Of a stretch of DNA of 64,000 nt, positions 40,783-62,451 are shown in pieces. Below the pieces are notes generated by a model. The model made no database searches. It had not been told where the DNA came from and saw nothing but the letters and a program-made list of their open reading frames with translations. Origin of the DNA: Balanoglossus misakiensis (lineage: Eukaryota > Animalia > Hemichordata); NCBI GenBank assembly GCA_040954595.2, contig CM082586.2:5752509-5816508 (forward strand), read 5' to 3'. The position numbers were made by a program, and so were the translations under genes. Each line of letters starts with the position of its first letter. Position 1 is the stretch's first letter.

Positions 40783-43700
40783 GAGCAAGCTTTTTAATCA
40801 TAGTGTGATGTAATCACGCAATATTTTTATACTCTTTTTAACATATCAAATGTGATGACTTTGAACTCAAAGGGGTCTTGTGAACATTCCATGAAGGTAC
40901 ATGTGAAGCTTTATCTCAGTTTGTACCAGGTACATGTAGATGATGAGTGTTGTTTACGTTAATAGATTTCAAACTGACATATACTCTAGTCAACCTTAGG
41001 AAATCAGGTTATTAATTTTTGTGAAATACTCATTTCCAATGTTAAATGTTTCGTGGTTCATAGGTATTAATCCTTTGAACTCTCACCCACTGGTGACCTA
41101 TGACCTTATAATTTTCTTGGTGGCCAGATTGAAAGGGTTAAAGGAACCAAGCTTTAGAATAGCATTTGTTTTTATTACAAGATTCATATCAGGCAATCAA
41201 ATCGTGATAGTACTTCAAGTATATATTTTGACACGTTTGTGATGTTATGCGTAGTTTCAGTTTGTGTCCACAGTTTTTTTTGTGTGTGTATGAGCCGTAC
41301 CCAGTTTGTTCTCAGGTCCTTCAGGGAAATGATCATGTGAATTGCATAGATCATAAATTAATTATAACAAATGTTAATTCAGGCTGGCAGCTATTGTAGG
41401 AACTGTGAATTCCAAAGAATATCATTTTTTGTCACTGCCAGTTTGAGAAAGCACAACAGCCTTTAGTAAAAACGAGACAAACTTATTTATTGATGATTGG
41501 TGTCGCTGTTTCTTTTGCCTAGAAAGTGCCTTCCCTGTTTGGTTGTTGTGTCGTCAGTGTGCTAGACCGTTCGAGTACACCATTAACCGGCGACACCTGT
41601 TATATTCAATCATTGACGCCAGCAACACCAGGTTATAGTGCATGATTGATTCTCTGTTGATTGGAAAACTCAACGTAAAAACTTAAGGTATTTGCAGGGT
41701 ACTGTGGATCCTGTAAGAAAAAGAGAAAAGATTCACTAGGTGTTAACTGTGGAATAAAGAAATGGAAATTTCGTTTTCTGAAATTATTATAGTTTATCTC
41801 GAGATGGACTGCCGAGAGTTTCATGTCATTTGGGGCAACGGTATCTTCAGATATAGAACAGCGCAACCAGCTGTAGGAAGAGTTAGGGGGTACATGTATA
41901 CCGTACACTCAGTGCCGATGGCCTCTGATTCGGATTCGCAGTACTACATCGACTCAGCGTAAGGGGCGCTAGCGTTAGCGCTGTTTCAAGGTGGATCGTC
42001 CGGTTGTTAATCGACAATGGCATCACTGATATCATTTAAGAAATATGTCATTTATGGTCTTATTGGAATTTAATGTCATAACTGCACTCAGCTCACTACG
42101 CTGAACATTTGGTATCCATGTTTTACTTGTTCAATGACGTCCCCCGGTAACGTTTATAATGATTGATTTGCTTATTTGGGAATCGCAAATAAAATTCGCT
42201 TCAGTCTTGACCGTACTTTCAATAATAATCGATGCATGAGCGTGCTAACGGGATCATACATTTATAGTTTTTTTTATACGCACGGTTCAGAAACCATTAA
42301 AAATGCGAGACGATTTTCTGGATGTAACGCTTCGCCATCTGTTGCTATGGCAGCCTCTCAACGTTCATCTTCCATTTCATTTAATTATTCATCAGGTTTT
42401 CTCATTTTATAAATGTACATAATAATTAACATGAACATTTTACTAGGTATATACGCATCTCTAGCATAAAACTGTGGTCTACCACTGATTTTGTAAACAA
42501 ATATTCCACTTTTTGTTCAAAATTGATCTGGTGGGTTTCGGGTGCAAACTGGTGTAAGGAAATTCTGAAATGAACGCGTTACGTTCTGAAGAGTTCAAGA
42601 ATAGTTTGTGTGTGTGTCTTTAGTTTAAATTCGCTCTTTGGTTTACGTGTTCGGCGATGGCCATTTGGGTCATTCCCTTTCATGTAATTGTCAATAACCC
42701 ACTTATGATTGGCCATTAAACGCAATTGAAATAGACAACGTGGCAACGACGAGACGCGTATCCGCGCAACAAGTATTTGCCGCTTTCCCAGTGGAGTGCG
42801 CCGTGACCTCGCTGACCCTAGCCGGGCCTCACTGCGGCCGTTGTCTCTGACGATGCAAATTAACAAGGCTCCGTTGTCTCAGTGAATCTCGGAAGGTATT
42901 AAAGTGATAAAATTCCAATGCACGCCTCAGATAGTTCAGCAGATACATTGTATTAGGTTTAAATCGACCAGCTTCGTTCACACAGACGGTTGCTAAATAT
43001 GCTAAAACCCAATCTACAACACGTTATGCGTTGTGGTTTGACCCCGCTCCCTTTAAAAAACGAAATGACAAGACTACGTTTTAATACCCAAAGGGACAAA
43101 AAAACAATGACCCGGTCATTGGAATACGTGACAACTTGAGATTTGCTTAATTGATGTTGTGGTCATTCTTTGGGAAACGTATAAATACCAATTGTTATCA
43201 GTTGCCGTGGTATGTATGATAGGATAGCCGTACAACAGCTTAGAAGATTTACTTAAACCGGGTAACAATGCCACCCTAGAAATCCAAGCAATCGACATTC
43301 AAAAGTTGTTTTGAGTGTTACTCTCCTCCAAGGATAGAAATAAACGTCCACACTGACCCGTGCTACGGTACTTGACAACCACGGCGTTGTCTGCAAATGC
43401 AGGTGTTTCTTTTCGAATAACCGTTACGTTTCGCCTTTTTGGTACCACGTGACACACATTTGGACGCCATCATTACTAGTATAGTGTTTTGCGTCCAGCG
43501 CATTTCATCTGACCCGGTAATTAACTACATATATACCCGCCCATAAGGACGATAATTACTGCAATTATGGTATAAAGTAATTAACCAGACGGCAATATTG
43601 CTGTCATCTGATCAGTTACCCTGGTTATGAGGGACCGCTCACCCAAATGGGCACTGAAATGATGATAGTGTCGTACGTTGAATGTGACACAGGCCCACTT

Positions 43701-46116
43701 GTATTGTTGTACACTGTGTACAGCAGTGGAGTAAAGGCGAACAAGGCTGGGGTCTCATAAAAGAAGATTTACTGCCCCATTGTAAATATATATACTGTCT
43801 GCGTTCTGCTCTATATCGCGAAGAACAAAATACAGGCATTATTTACCAACACAGTGTGTATACTTTGTTCAGTATTAAGAGCTCTGTCCGTTCTATGGCA
43901 CTCTGGGAACAAATATTACCTCTGAACTGCCATAAATTGAGATAATTGTGCGAAAATGTTTTGTTGTTGGCGAAGGTTGGACACTGTGGTCTGTAACTGT
44001 TTCACGGGACGATATATCACGCGTACAACTTCAAAGGGGTGTACTCTTTCTTTCTAGCGTTCAATGTTTAAGTGACCATATTAGTATGAAAGAAAGGTTG
44101 TACTTTTTTCTTTTACTCATATTTATTACTTTTTCCCCTTTGTATAATAACATTTAAAGCATTGTTTACATTTGCCTATTCTCTTCCATCGTGCCTTTGA
44201 CCTACTGCCGTCAAGGTGCCATAGTTGACCTTCGTCGTTCTGCCAATGTGCGGGTTTGTCTCTGGTTCAACATTTCCATGTCACACACGTTGGCGTGACG
44301 ACACTATTTGCCTGTTAAGTGAATCTATGATCTTTAATCATATTTAGATAAATACAATAAATTTGAAAAGCAAAAAAAAAATATATATATATATCTGGTT
44401 TGAATCGTGGCATTGAAAAAAAATCACGGTCGGACATTTTTTGGTATAAACTCGGACGACAAACACCGGCACGACATTCTCTGAGAAGTTGGCGGATTGG
44501 CCAAGTCCGTATAACACCTCACGAGGAGGAATGCAACTTTCGAAACCATGGCAACCGCCTCATTTACGTCATTGGTGGGGATTGCCACTAAATGTCGACA
44601 GGAATTGAATGCGCTAAACCATCAATTCAATTCGGACAACTCGGGTTCCATGGGAAGAATTTGTTGGTCCTCAGCTTTTTAATTGGACACTTTGTGGTAA
44701 AACTCGTTTCATTTGCCCCTCTTAACAATATTTCCCCCCGTCTTTATCCGAGGATTCACTGTTTTTAAGTGGCCCAGTGGTGCCTTACACAAATCAGGCT
44801 CGCCACGTCAACCTTTGGCAAGTTGAGAGGACAGTGATTTGAAAGGGCCTTTGTGCCCTAGAATGTCTCGGTATTAAAGCGAACTGCGCAGATCTATGAA
44901 CCGGTAGACGGGCCGATTTCTGGCTATTGTGTACCGAGCCTTTAGATTATGGCATTTCGATACAGTTAATTGAGAAGAATTCCACGGTCTGAGATAGGCC
45001 TATACTGCGCAGTGTAAACACGAGGAGCACTCAGATCGAGAAAGGGCGAGATTTCAATAGCCGTTTCTTTCACCGCAAAAAGTTAATCTAGCTTAAGAGG
45101 AGTGAACGGTCGAAGAAATTGAATTACTAAGTCCAAAAACCGGCGGGGTTTTTGGCCGCGGCAAGTGAATGCCTCGGTTTGTGGGGCTGTGTGTGTCCGG
45201 CGTCTGGCTATAGAAATTTATTTACTTCGGTTTATTCGCCGCTGGTCGAAACTTGAATGTTTGGGGAGGTATCGCCGTGTCAGATCTTGACACTTCGGGG
45301 TCACAACGCGGGACTCGTCGCCAGGAGATCTATGCAGACGCGCCGTTACTGGGATAAAGTAATGCAGGGCAACACAACGTCGAAATGTTGTGCGTTTGGA
45401 CTCTAGACACAAACCGTCGTCTGCGGTCCGGGCAAGGCGTCACTGGAAAGCTTGAACGTCGATATTAATTATACCTTCCGTCGTTAAGGTGAAATATTGT
45501 CAAATTTGAGACTAATTGACTGCGACCGATTCATGAGGTAGAACCGGCGTGTTCGCGGCCTGCATGCGAGTGGACCTGTGGAGAGAGAGAGGTATTCGAC
45601 CATGTCGCGGTATGAACGTCAATTTTTATTGTGCGCCAGCAAATAGATCCCGTAAAGCCCCCACGAGTACGTAACGTCGGTATCTAGGGAGTGAAGGAGG
45701 GTCTTCGTGTATATGCCATTTTTACACATGGATGTCTCAGGACTACAGACTGTTGGAGTACCTATCGTCCTTCACACCACCCAGGGACAGTTGGGGGTCT
45801 CCTGAGAGTCCGTGACTTTGGAAAGATCGTCATAGTTGGATGGTCGGCAACAGAGGGGGTCCGATTAGCGTTGAAACTCTATGCGGATTTATAGATAAAC
45901 ACCGGACCTTCGCATTGTAACGCACCTCAATGAGGCGCGGTCAACTTGTGCAGTACAGTATAAGATGTAATCGGTCCCTGCGGTGATAGGACACAGGTAT
46001 AACGGGACCCCGTTGTTTGTTAACGGTAACGTGATATAGTAGCCACGGGCCGCTCATATACAGTACCAACACAACGGAATACATGTATTGCAGTTTCTTG
46101 GTTTAAAGAAAAAAAA

Positions 46117-47145
46117 ATGGGCGACTCGGGTAACGCGGACGATGGCAGCAAGAACAGGAAAAACGGTGACAACCCCACAAATACGGTTGATTACTGGACG
46201 CGCGCCATGGTGCAGAACATGAAGGAGGAAGCGCTGCTCGACCGAAAGATCGGGAAAATCGAGAAGGAGCACTCGCAGATCATCATACAGATGACCTACA
46301 CCCACCGACAGCTCACCGACAGACTCAAGCTGGTCAACTGGTACCACGAGAAGAAGAAAGAGCGCGAACGCGAGTCGCGCTCCAGCAGCGACACGTCGTC
46401 CAGCAGCGGCGGCAGCAGCCAGAACTCGCTGGACTTCCGCGACTTCAAGTCGGAACTGCGGGAGTACTGGGAGTGGAAGGAGCGGGCGGAGATGCGGCGG
46501 GGCAAGAAGCACAAGCCCACGCTGGAGCCGGAGCTGCGAGAGCGAATGAAGCTGGAGATGAACTCCCTGCGACGGCCGCAGCCGCCGATACTCCCGCCGC
46601 TCATCAAGCCCAGCTTCATGTACCGGCAGTGGAAGAGGAAGAACAAGAAACTGATCAGGGCCAACCCGAAGTATCTGTTGGAGAAAAAGAAAATGTACCT
46701 CATAGCCGAAGATGCCGAGGAGAAACAAAGGCGCGCTCAGGCTAACCAGGACAAATCAAATCGTGGAAAGTCTACAGCCACGAAAAACAGCCAAGGCGAG
46801 ATTCAGTTGAAACGCCAACAAGTGCCTGCCGGGAAAGCGCTAAACTTTAATACAGAAAACAATAAGGGCAGATTGCCAACCCTGGAGGAAAATGACATGG
46901 ATGAATCGGACACCGAGGTGGATGGGATCCGGCGAAGCACGGTGGTGGCCGCGGGCGGAAGTGCGCGACGGTTCTCCGGCCACAAGACCGCGGCTCTCTT
47001 CAAAACTCGGGCCGAAGGAAGCCAGTCGCTGGCCATACCCAGACCGGCCAGTTCAACGGAGACAGTGACGGTCATCCCGTTGACTCCATCCAAAGACAGC
47101 AATCACGGTCTTAACGTGATTAGAGCCACGACTTCAATTACATGA
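46117..47145 (+). CDS. Uncharacterised 342-aa protein with a single coding exon; N-terminal coiled-coil motif weakly reminiscent of CCDC190, rest basic/disordered
   Basis: 1029-nt ORF with strong GC3 coding bias against the AT-rich background, start context AAAATGG, and a CpG-rich upstream region (about 44400-46050). Motif: NMKEEALLDRKIGKIEKEHSQIIIQMTYTHRQL. Confidence 0.75.
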   Translation: MGDSGNADDGSKNRKNGDNPTNTVDYWTRAMVQNMKEEALLDRKIGKIEKEHSQIIIQMTYTHRQLTDRLKLVNWYHEKKKERERESRSSSDTSSSSGGSSQNSLDFRDFKSELREYWEWKERAEMRRGKKHKPTLEPELRERMKLEMNSLRRPQPPILPPLIKPSFMYRQWKRKNKKLIRANPKYLLEKKKMYLIAEDAEEKQRRAQANQDKSNRGKSTATKNSQGEIQLKRQQVPAGKALNFNTENNKGRLPTLEENDMDESDTEVDGIRRSTVVAAGGSARRFSGHKTAALFKTRAEGSQSLAIPRPASSTETVTVIPLTPSKDSNHGLNVIRATTSIT

Positions 47146-48643
47146 TCTCTACACTTGACGACTTCAATCCGTCACCTTCGCAAAAAGTGTTGTATTTACC
47201 GCCAGTGTGGCTTTGATTGGGGAAATTGGGCACTGTTGAAATGTGGACAAAACCTCTGAAATTAGCACGACTCTGGTGTAATATCAGTTCAGTCATGCAT
47301 TTCATTTGTTTTCTTTGTCGTTTGGTCACTTGTCGCTTTTGATTCTGAGTCATGTTTTAAACTAGTGTCAGAGTACGACCCGGACATGGATGACCGCTTC
47401 GATTACAAAATGCTGTTACTGGTATTTGATTTTAGACTTTTGGAGGCAAGTAATCGGAGGAGGGTAATCTTTTCAAAATTAAAATGATGAAATCTTGTAA
47501 TGCTGACTGGGTCAAATCAGGGTTTGATTTCAGAGATTTTGTTCACATGCCAACGATATCCAATTATCCCCCAAGCTTTTTTCCAATAGCATGCTAAACG
47601 TTTTCTCTAAGTCACATTCTATGGAAACGGGGGACATATATATACAAGGTACGAATGTTAGTACATTGTTAAAGTGAGGCGTTTTGGCCCCGTGCCATAT
47701 CTGCAACCCTGATAGCCATCCACAGTATTGTTCATTCAAGAATTGTAATACCCGATTCATTACTGATGTGGTATATGATTGTTTTCTTGGCTATCGAACC
47801 TTTCTTGTTATATTTAAGAACCACGTACCGTTATTAACGATACAACAACCGTTTTAACACATTTACAATTTCTTATATCGATACCAAAGCCCTGTCTGTT
47901 CCAGCCATCTTTAATATTATCGCTTTTGTTTACCTCAGTCAGTTACATACACGTATAAGCTAGGAGTCTAACAACTGATATACCCACCTCTTATCATGTC
48001 AAACGTGTTATTACTCAACAATATATCAACACCCAGGGTTTTGTGTACACGTGCGATTAATAACCAATCTGCCCCATTCCATTGTGTGACAATAGTTCCG
48101 TGTAAAACGTCTGATTACAAGGCTGGCGTGTTGAGCTGGTAGTTTACATAAATCAAACATTCTTTATCAAATTTGCGAGAATTATAGCGGCGTGCTTGTT
48201 TTGTTCACATGTTGACATGTTGAGTACTGGGTAATTTAGCATGTTGTTTGGAGTAGAGCAAGACATTGCGTTTGATACACCGACCAAGAAAGCCAAAAGT
48301 TACAGCTATTGTACGTGGAGAAGCAAATGACTACGTTTGATTCGACAGACGAGGCTAACGTGTTATACTTGTACGTAGACGGAAGTAGTTCCGGGTTCGG
48401 TGACGCTTCACTATACCGTAGTCTAGGAAACTAATCCACACAAATCACACTGGACCGCAATAATCCTCGGATGTTCAAAATCAAATCAATGCAACCGTTT
48501 TGTGTGAAGAGTGAGAATGTACTAAACATGATTGTACATACTTTTATAAGAGTGTACGTTTGTTATTATATTAAAGAAGGGAATTTGTGTAATTAATTTG
48601 CAATGTCGTAAGTAAGACAACGTGGTTGACGTAAGCTTAGCTT

Positions 48644-48798
48644 ATCAATCAATCGGTTGATCGATCGATCGACCAACTAATCAATCAACCAACCAATCAA
48701 TCAATCAATCAATTAATCAATCAATCAGCAAATCAATGATGCAACAGTCAGTCGATTAGTTGTTCATTGATTCATCCATCCAACCATCCATCCATCCA
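48644..48798. repeat. Degenerate (ATCA)n/(CCAT)n tetranucleotide microsatellite
   Basis: Runs of AATC/ATCA, then CATC/CCAT. Confidence 0.85.
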
Positions 48799-49531
48799 GT
48801 TTTGCCAAGATCCCATATAATTGAAAAGTTCCCGAACAGTTTCTTACCTAAAGGGGGCGCTGTTTTTCATCTTTGAAGTAACATATTCCGCTGAGACGGT
48901 GGTTGAGTGCATCTTGGTCAAAACAAAGTCACATGAGACACGTGAATCAAGATATGGACCGTCTATCTAGGCAAATGCTTAATGCATACAAACTGGCCGA
49001 TTACAGTATCATCATGGTTGTAGATTGTGTTCGACATAATTACAACAACGTTGGGAGTTTTTTTTCCAGTTGATAAGGCATCGCACAGCAACATCGGATT
49101 ACCCGCTAACCTTGGAATGTTTTTTATACTTATCAAAAGAGAAACTTTGCTGCCCAACGACATTCCTATGGTTTACAATAAAAACCATGGTAACACGCGC
49201 GCAGAAGCCTTCCTGTGAGATTTGTGTAATGTTTTCACGTTTGTGTATGTAAAAGCACACCCGTCAATTTGAATCAATAGCAAAACAGTTGGCCAAATCT
49301 CCAAGCGTAGAAGCTGAATTTTAAAACACACTCGTAATTGTATTGTGTTGCTAAAACAGAACAGACTACAAGGTCATCAAATCAAGCTGATAGTCTGTCA
49401 GACAGTCAGACAGACAGATAGCGCACAGACGAGACAGGACACTGCAGGCGTTTGCGTTACTCATTACACCGTTTTGTCGACGCTCAACACGTAGCACCGC
49501 CCCCAACGACAGTCAACTGACTTTCTGTAAA

Positions 49532-50441
49532 GGATAATGTACGAGTGGAGTGCAATCGTTCAATATCTGAACGATTGCACGACACGAGTACATTATCCGG
49601 CTTACAACACGTCGCAACATCTGTGATCTTGATATATGCTAAACAACTTCTCAATCACATCAACCAATCACAAGCGTCGCAAAATACACCTGCCAGGGTG
49701 TATGACTCATTTCGATTGGATACTTGTCAGCCATGGCATTTGTCACGTGGTCATTGAGGTGCCACGTTTCCATCATCATTCGGAACTCAACCTTCGACAG
49801 ACAAACACCATGGCCGAAAGTAGCGACGAGCACGTGCTTTTCATTACCCAGAGCACGTTCCGACACCCAAACGAAAGCGAAGGTGATGACGGTGGCGATA
49901 TGGACTGGATTTTCCAAGATTTTGATAGCCTTATCGAAGATAGCGTACATAACCCAACGGTCACGGAAAGTGACTTGGCGAAAATGCAGCCCCCACTACA
50001 CACATCCTCTTCTGTAAGTAGCAGCTCTCTTTTCAGCGTACAAGTCTCGAGCAACAGTTCGAAGTCAGCAAAGTGCTTCAAGGAAGTTTTGGTACGTCGA
50101 AAAAAAATCAAGCTTTCAGGTGAATCCGTGTGTGAGGTAGAAACGAACCCCTAACCAAAGGTTGACCCCTGCAGCGCAGAGATCACGACAAAGAAAGATG
50201 GACGAACCAAGTGTGTGCACCTGGAAGCAGTTCTTCCCGCCGGAGGCAGCATATCCTTCAAAATGGATAACAACTAATTTGCTTTGTATTTTTTTTACCT
50301 CCTGTCAAAGCTATCTTGTTTGTTGTAGTGAATCTTATTATGTCAGGTGCAGTGCAATATCCAGATATTGCACTGGTACCAGTGCATTATCATAGATAAT
50401 GTCCCAAGAGAACAAAGAGTCTAGCACATGTAGTGTTGTAA
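49532..50441 (+). mobile_element. Palindrome-bounded non-autonomous element, possibly a Crypton (tyrosine-recombinase transposon) deletion derivative
   Basis: Left hairpin at 49532-49598 and right double hairpin at 50350-50401, both with GTGCAAT/ATTGCAC cores. The internal ORF starts at ATG 49810 (MAESSDEHVLFITQSTF..) and is interrupted by a stop at 50152-50154. The family assignment is inference. Confidence 0.4.
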
Positions 50442-50604
50442 ATCTAAGTATACACCCACCGTCTACCGACCACGCACGGTGACATATCAAATTAATATAT
50501 TATCCTCCCACAATATAATTTGTAATCTAAATGTTTATACCAAACTTACAAACCTGAGAATCAAGCGTTTGGATGTTGCCTTGGCAGCGGCATCCGTAGC
50601 CATC

Positions 50605-50673
50605 GTAACGGTGTCAGTTTCGTCAGAATGCGTCTTTGTACTAGAGTTTGATGCCGTGGGTTCGAGTCACACG
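50605..50673 (+). pseudogene. Degenerate tRNA-like sequence (tRNA pseudogene or SINE head)
   Basis: T-arm/B-box-like CGTGGGTTCGAGTCACACG at 50655-50673 with only a poor A-box-like stretch upstream and no intact cloverleaf. Confidence 0.25.
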
Positions 50674-51523
50674 ATGTATATATACTCATACATCACATTC
50701 TGGTTGTCTGTTAACGCCGCTATATATGAAGGCAGCAGCGTAGACTAGCCAAGGTGATTTATTGCACAGATCGTATTTCCAGGCATCGATTTGTCATGCG
50801 TTGACAAATCTGTCACCGCTGTAAAGACATGACAAATGATTGCCCATTGATGCCCTACCTTTGATCCAGACATCTATGAACCTGCCATGATCAACCTGTC
50901 TCTGTATCAATACCTCTAATCTGTTCGTAGAAGGTAAAATGATCTACCTAATTTCTTGTCAATACCTGCATTGTAACAATTTCCAATTATTTTCCTATTT
51001 CACGGTTTTGAAGAGACAGTAGCTGTAATTCTTGATCATTTGACATCAGACTGATATTTTTCTGTGCCAGTGTATGAATTACAGTTCCTCTACTTCCTAC
51101 CCTGAGAAAGAAGGTATTCTTCTTATCAAACAGTTTCTCTGTTTTCATTGCTGACATAATGATAATTATGCAAATAACATGCATGCTTCCAATTTCCTTT
51201 CCCCACCCTCTCCTCTCCTATGCATAGCCTTTTCTGGTTTTAGCTTCTGTTTTATACAATCTCTGTTGCCACTGGTTTCGTCCTTTCGCCGATCGGAATT
51301 ATGTCTCGACGCAAGATGTTTAGTATGTAGGTGATAGAAAAAGCGACACAATTTAAGAAAATGTTTAAAAATCTATTTAAATCACCAATATGTACATCAG
51401 AATCAAGAAAGCCTTGGGCTTCAAGTTCAAGTTGTTGCTGTCGTTCGGTGAACGTGGACGGATGTCTGTCGAGTGTCGGACGGTGTTTTACAAATGCATT
51501 GTTTTGATATCCCCGGCGGTTGC

Positions 51524-61426
<9,903 letters not shown>

Positions 61427-61792
61427 CTGAGAATGCAGGGACGCAAATCGAAAAGAAATAACGTTAACATGATAGGGATGAACCACTGTACACAACGTGA
61501 CGTGTCTATTGGCAACCTGCGCCAGCACAATATAGAACGTTTCTAGGTGCGCGGCCAATTGTCTAGCGTGTTCTTTTCTGCGCAACTCGTGAACAATGAC
61601 TATTTTCCGTAATTTAATTTGTTAAAAGAGATTATAATGCCATAGGCCTACTGTAGTTACATATTCGTTTTAACTTGATGAAAATAACGCAAAACTTTTT
61701 TTCAGAATGAAATTTCGCTATTGTTTTCCTTTATTTTGAAATGCTTTGACGTATATGTATTTACGCACGTATGCGTTATGCTTGTAATACCA

Positions 61793-61960
61793 ATGATGAT
61801 GATGATGTTTTTGTTGTTGTTGCTGCTGCTGTTGTTGCTGATGATGATGATGGTGGTGATAATGATGATGTTGTTTTTGTTGTTGTTGTTGTTGCTGATG
61901 ATGCTGATGATGATGCTGATGATGGTGCTGATACTGATGATGATGATGATGATGATGATG
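61793..61960. repeat. Compound (GAT)/(GTT)/(GCT) trinucleotide microsatellite
   Basis: Trinucleotide tract that becomes pure (GAT)n next to the LINE tail. It explains the ORFs at 61721-62061. Confidence 0.95.
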
Positions 61961-62080
61961 ACTTTTTTTTGACTTTTGAAAATAATCCTTTATTGCGTAA
62001 TATAAAAATTATTTACACTTTATTGAAATGCAAAAGAATTCAAAAATTCAGACTAAAATAATTCAAAGTGAACATTATTC

Positions 62081-62260
62081 CAGGGTTGAAGGATTTACAA
62101 CTGATACATAGTCCAGGGTTGACGGCAGAGAAGTATTGCAGAGTTGACGGCAGCTACATGTATGTACTGCAGGGTTGACAGCATAGATGTAATACAGGGT
62201 TGAAGGCCGAGATGTACTGTAGGGTTGACGGCAGAGATGTATCCTAGGTTAGACGACGGG
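62081..62260. repeat. About 25-bp degenerate minisatellite in the LINE 3' UTR
   Basis: Core CAGGGTTGACGGCAGAGATGTA at about 62081, 62114, 62139, 62170, 62195, 62220 and 62245. Confidence 0.8.
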
Positions 62261-62451
62261 AACGTTACAGCAGTAATGAGGCTGAAATGAGAAAAAAGTG
62301 TGTAACCCTCTGACGAATGGGCGAACCATGTTGGGATGGTTCCCGTGAGGAGTACGGAGCCCAATCCCAAACGTCAGCATTGTAGCCTATTGCTCCAATG
62401 AAAGCGTGTGTGTAAGTGTTTATCATTATTACACAGAACTAGTACAAGTGA

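Noticed and set aside
61721-62061. Poly-Met/Leu and poly-Asp/Val ORFs
   Set aside because: Microsatellite-derived.
62081-62260. CRISPR-like repeat-spacer appearance
   Set aside because: Eukaryotic context, degenerate repeats, linkers short and related to each other, located in a LINE 3' UTR, and no cas genes.
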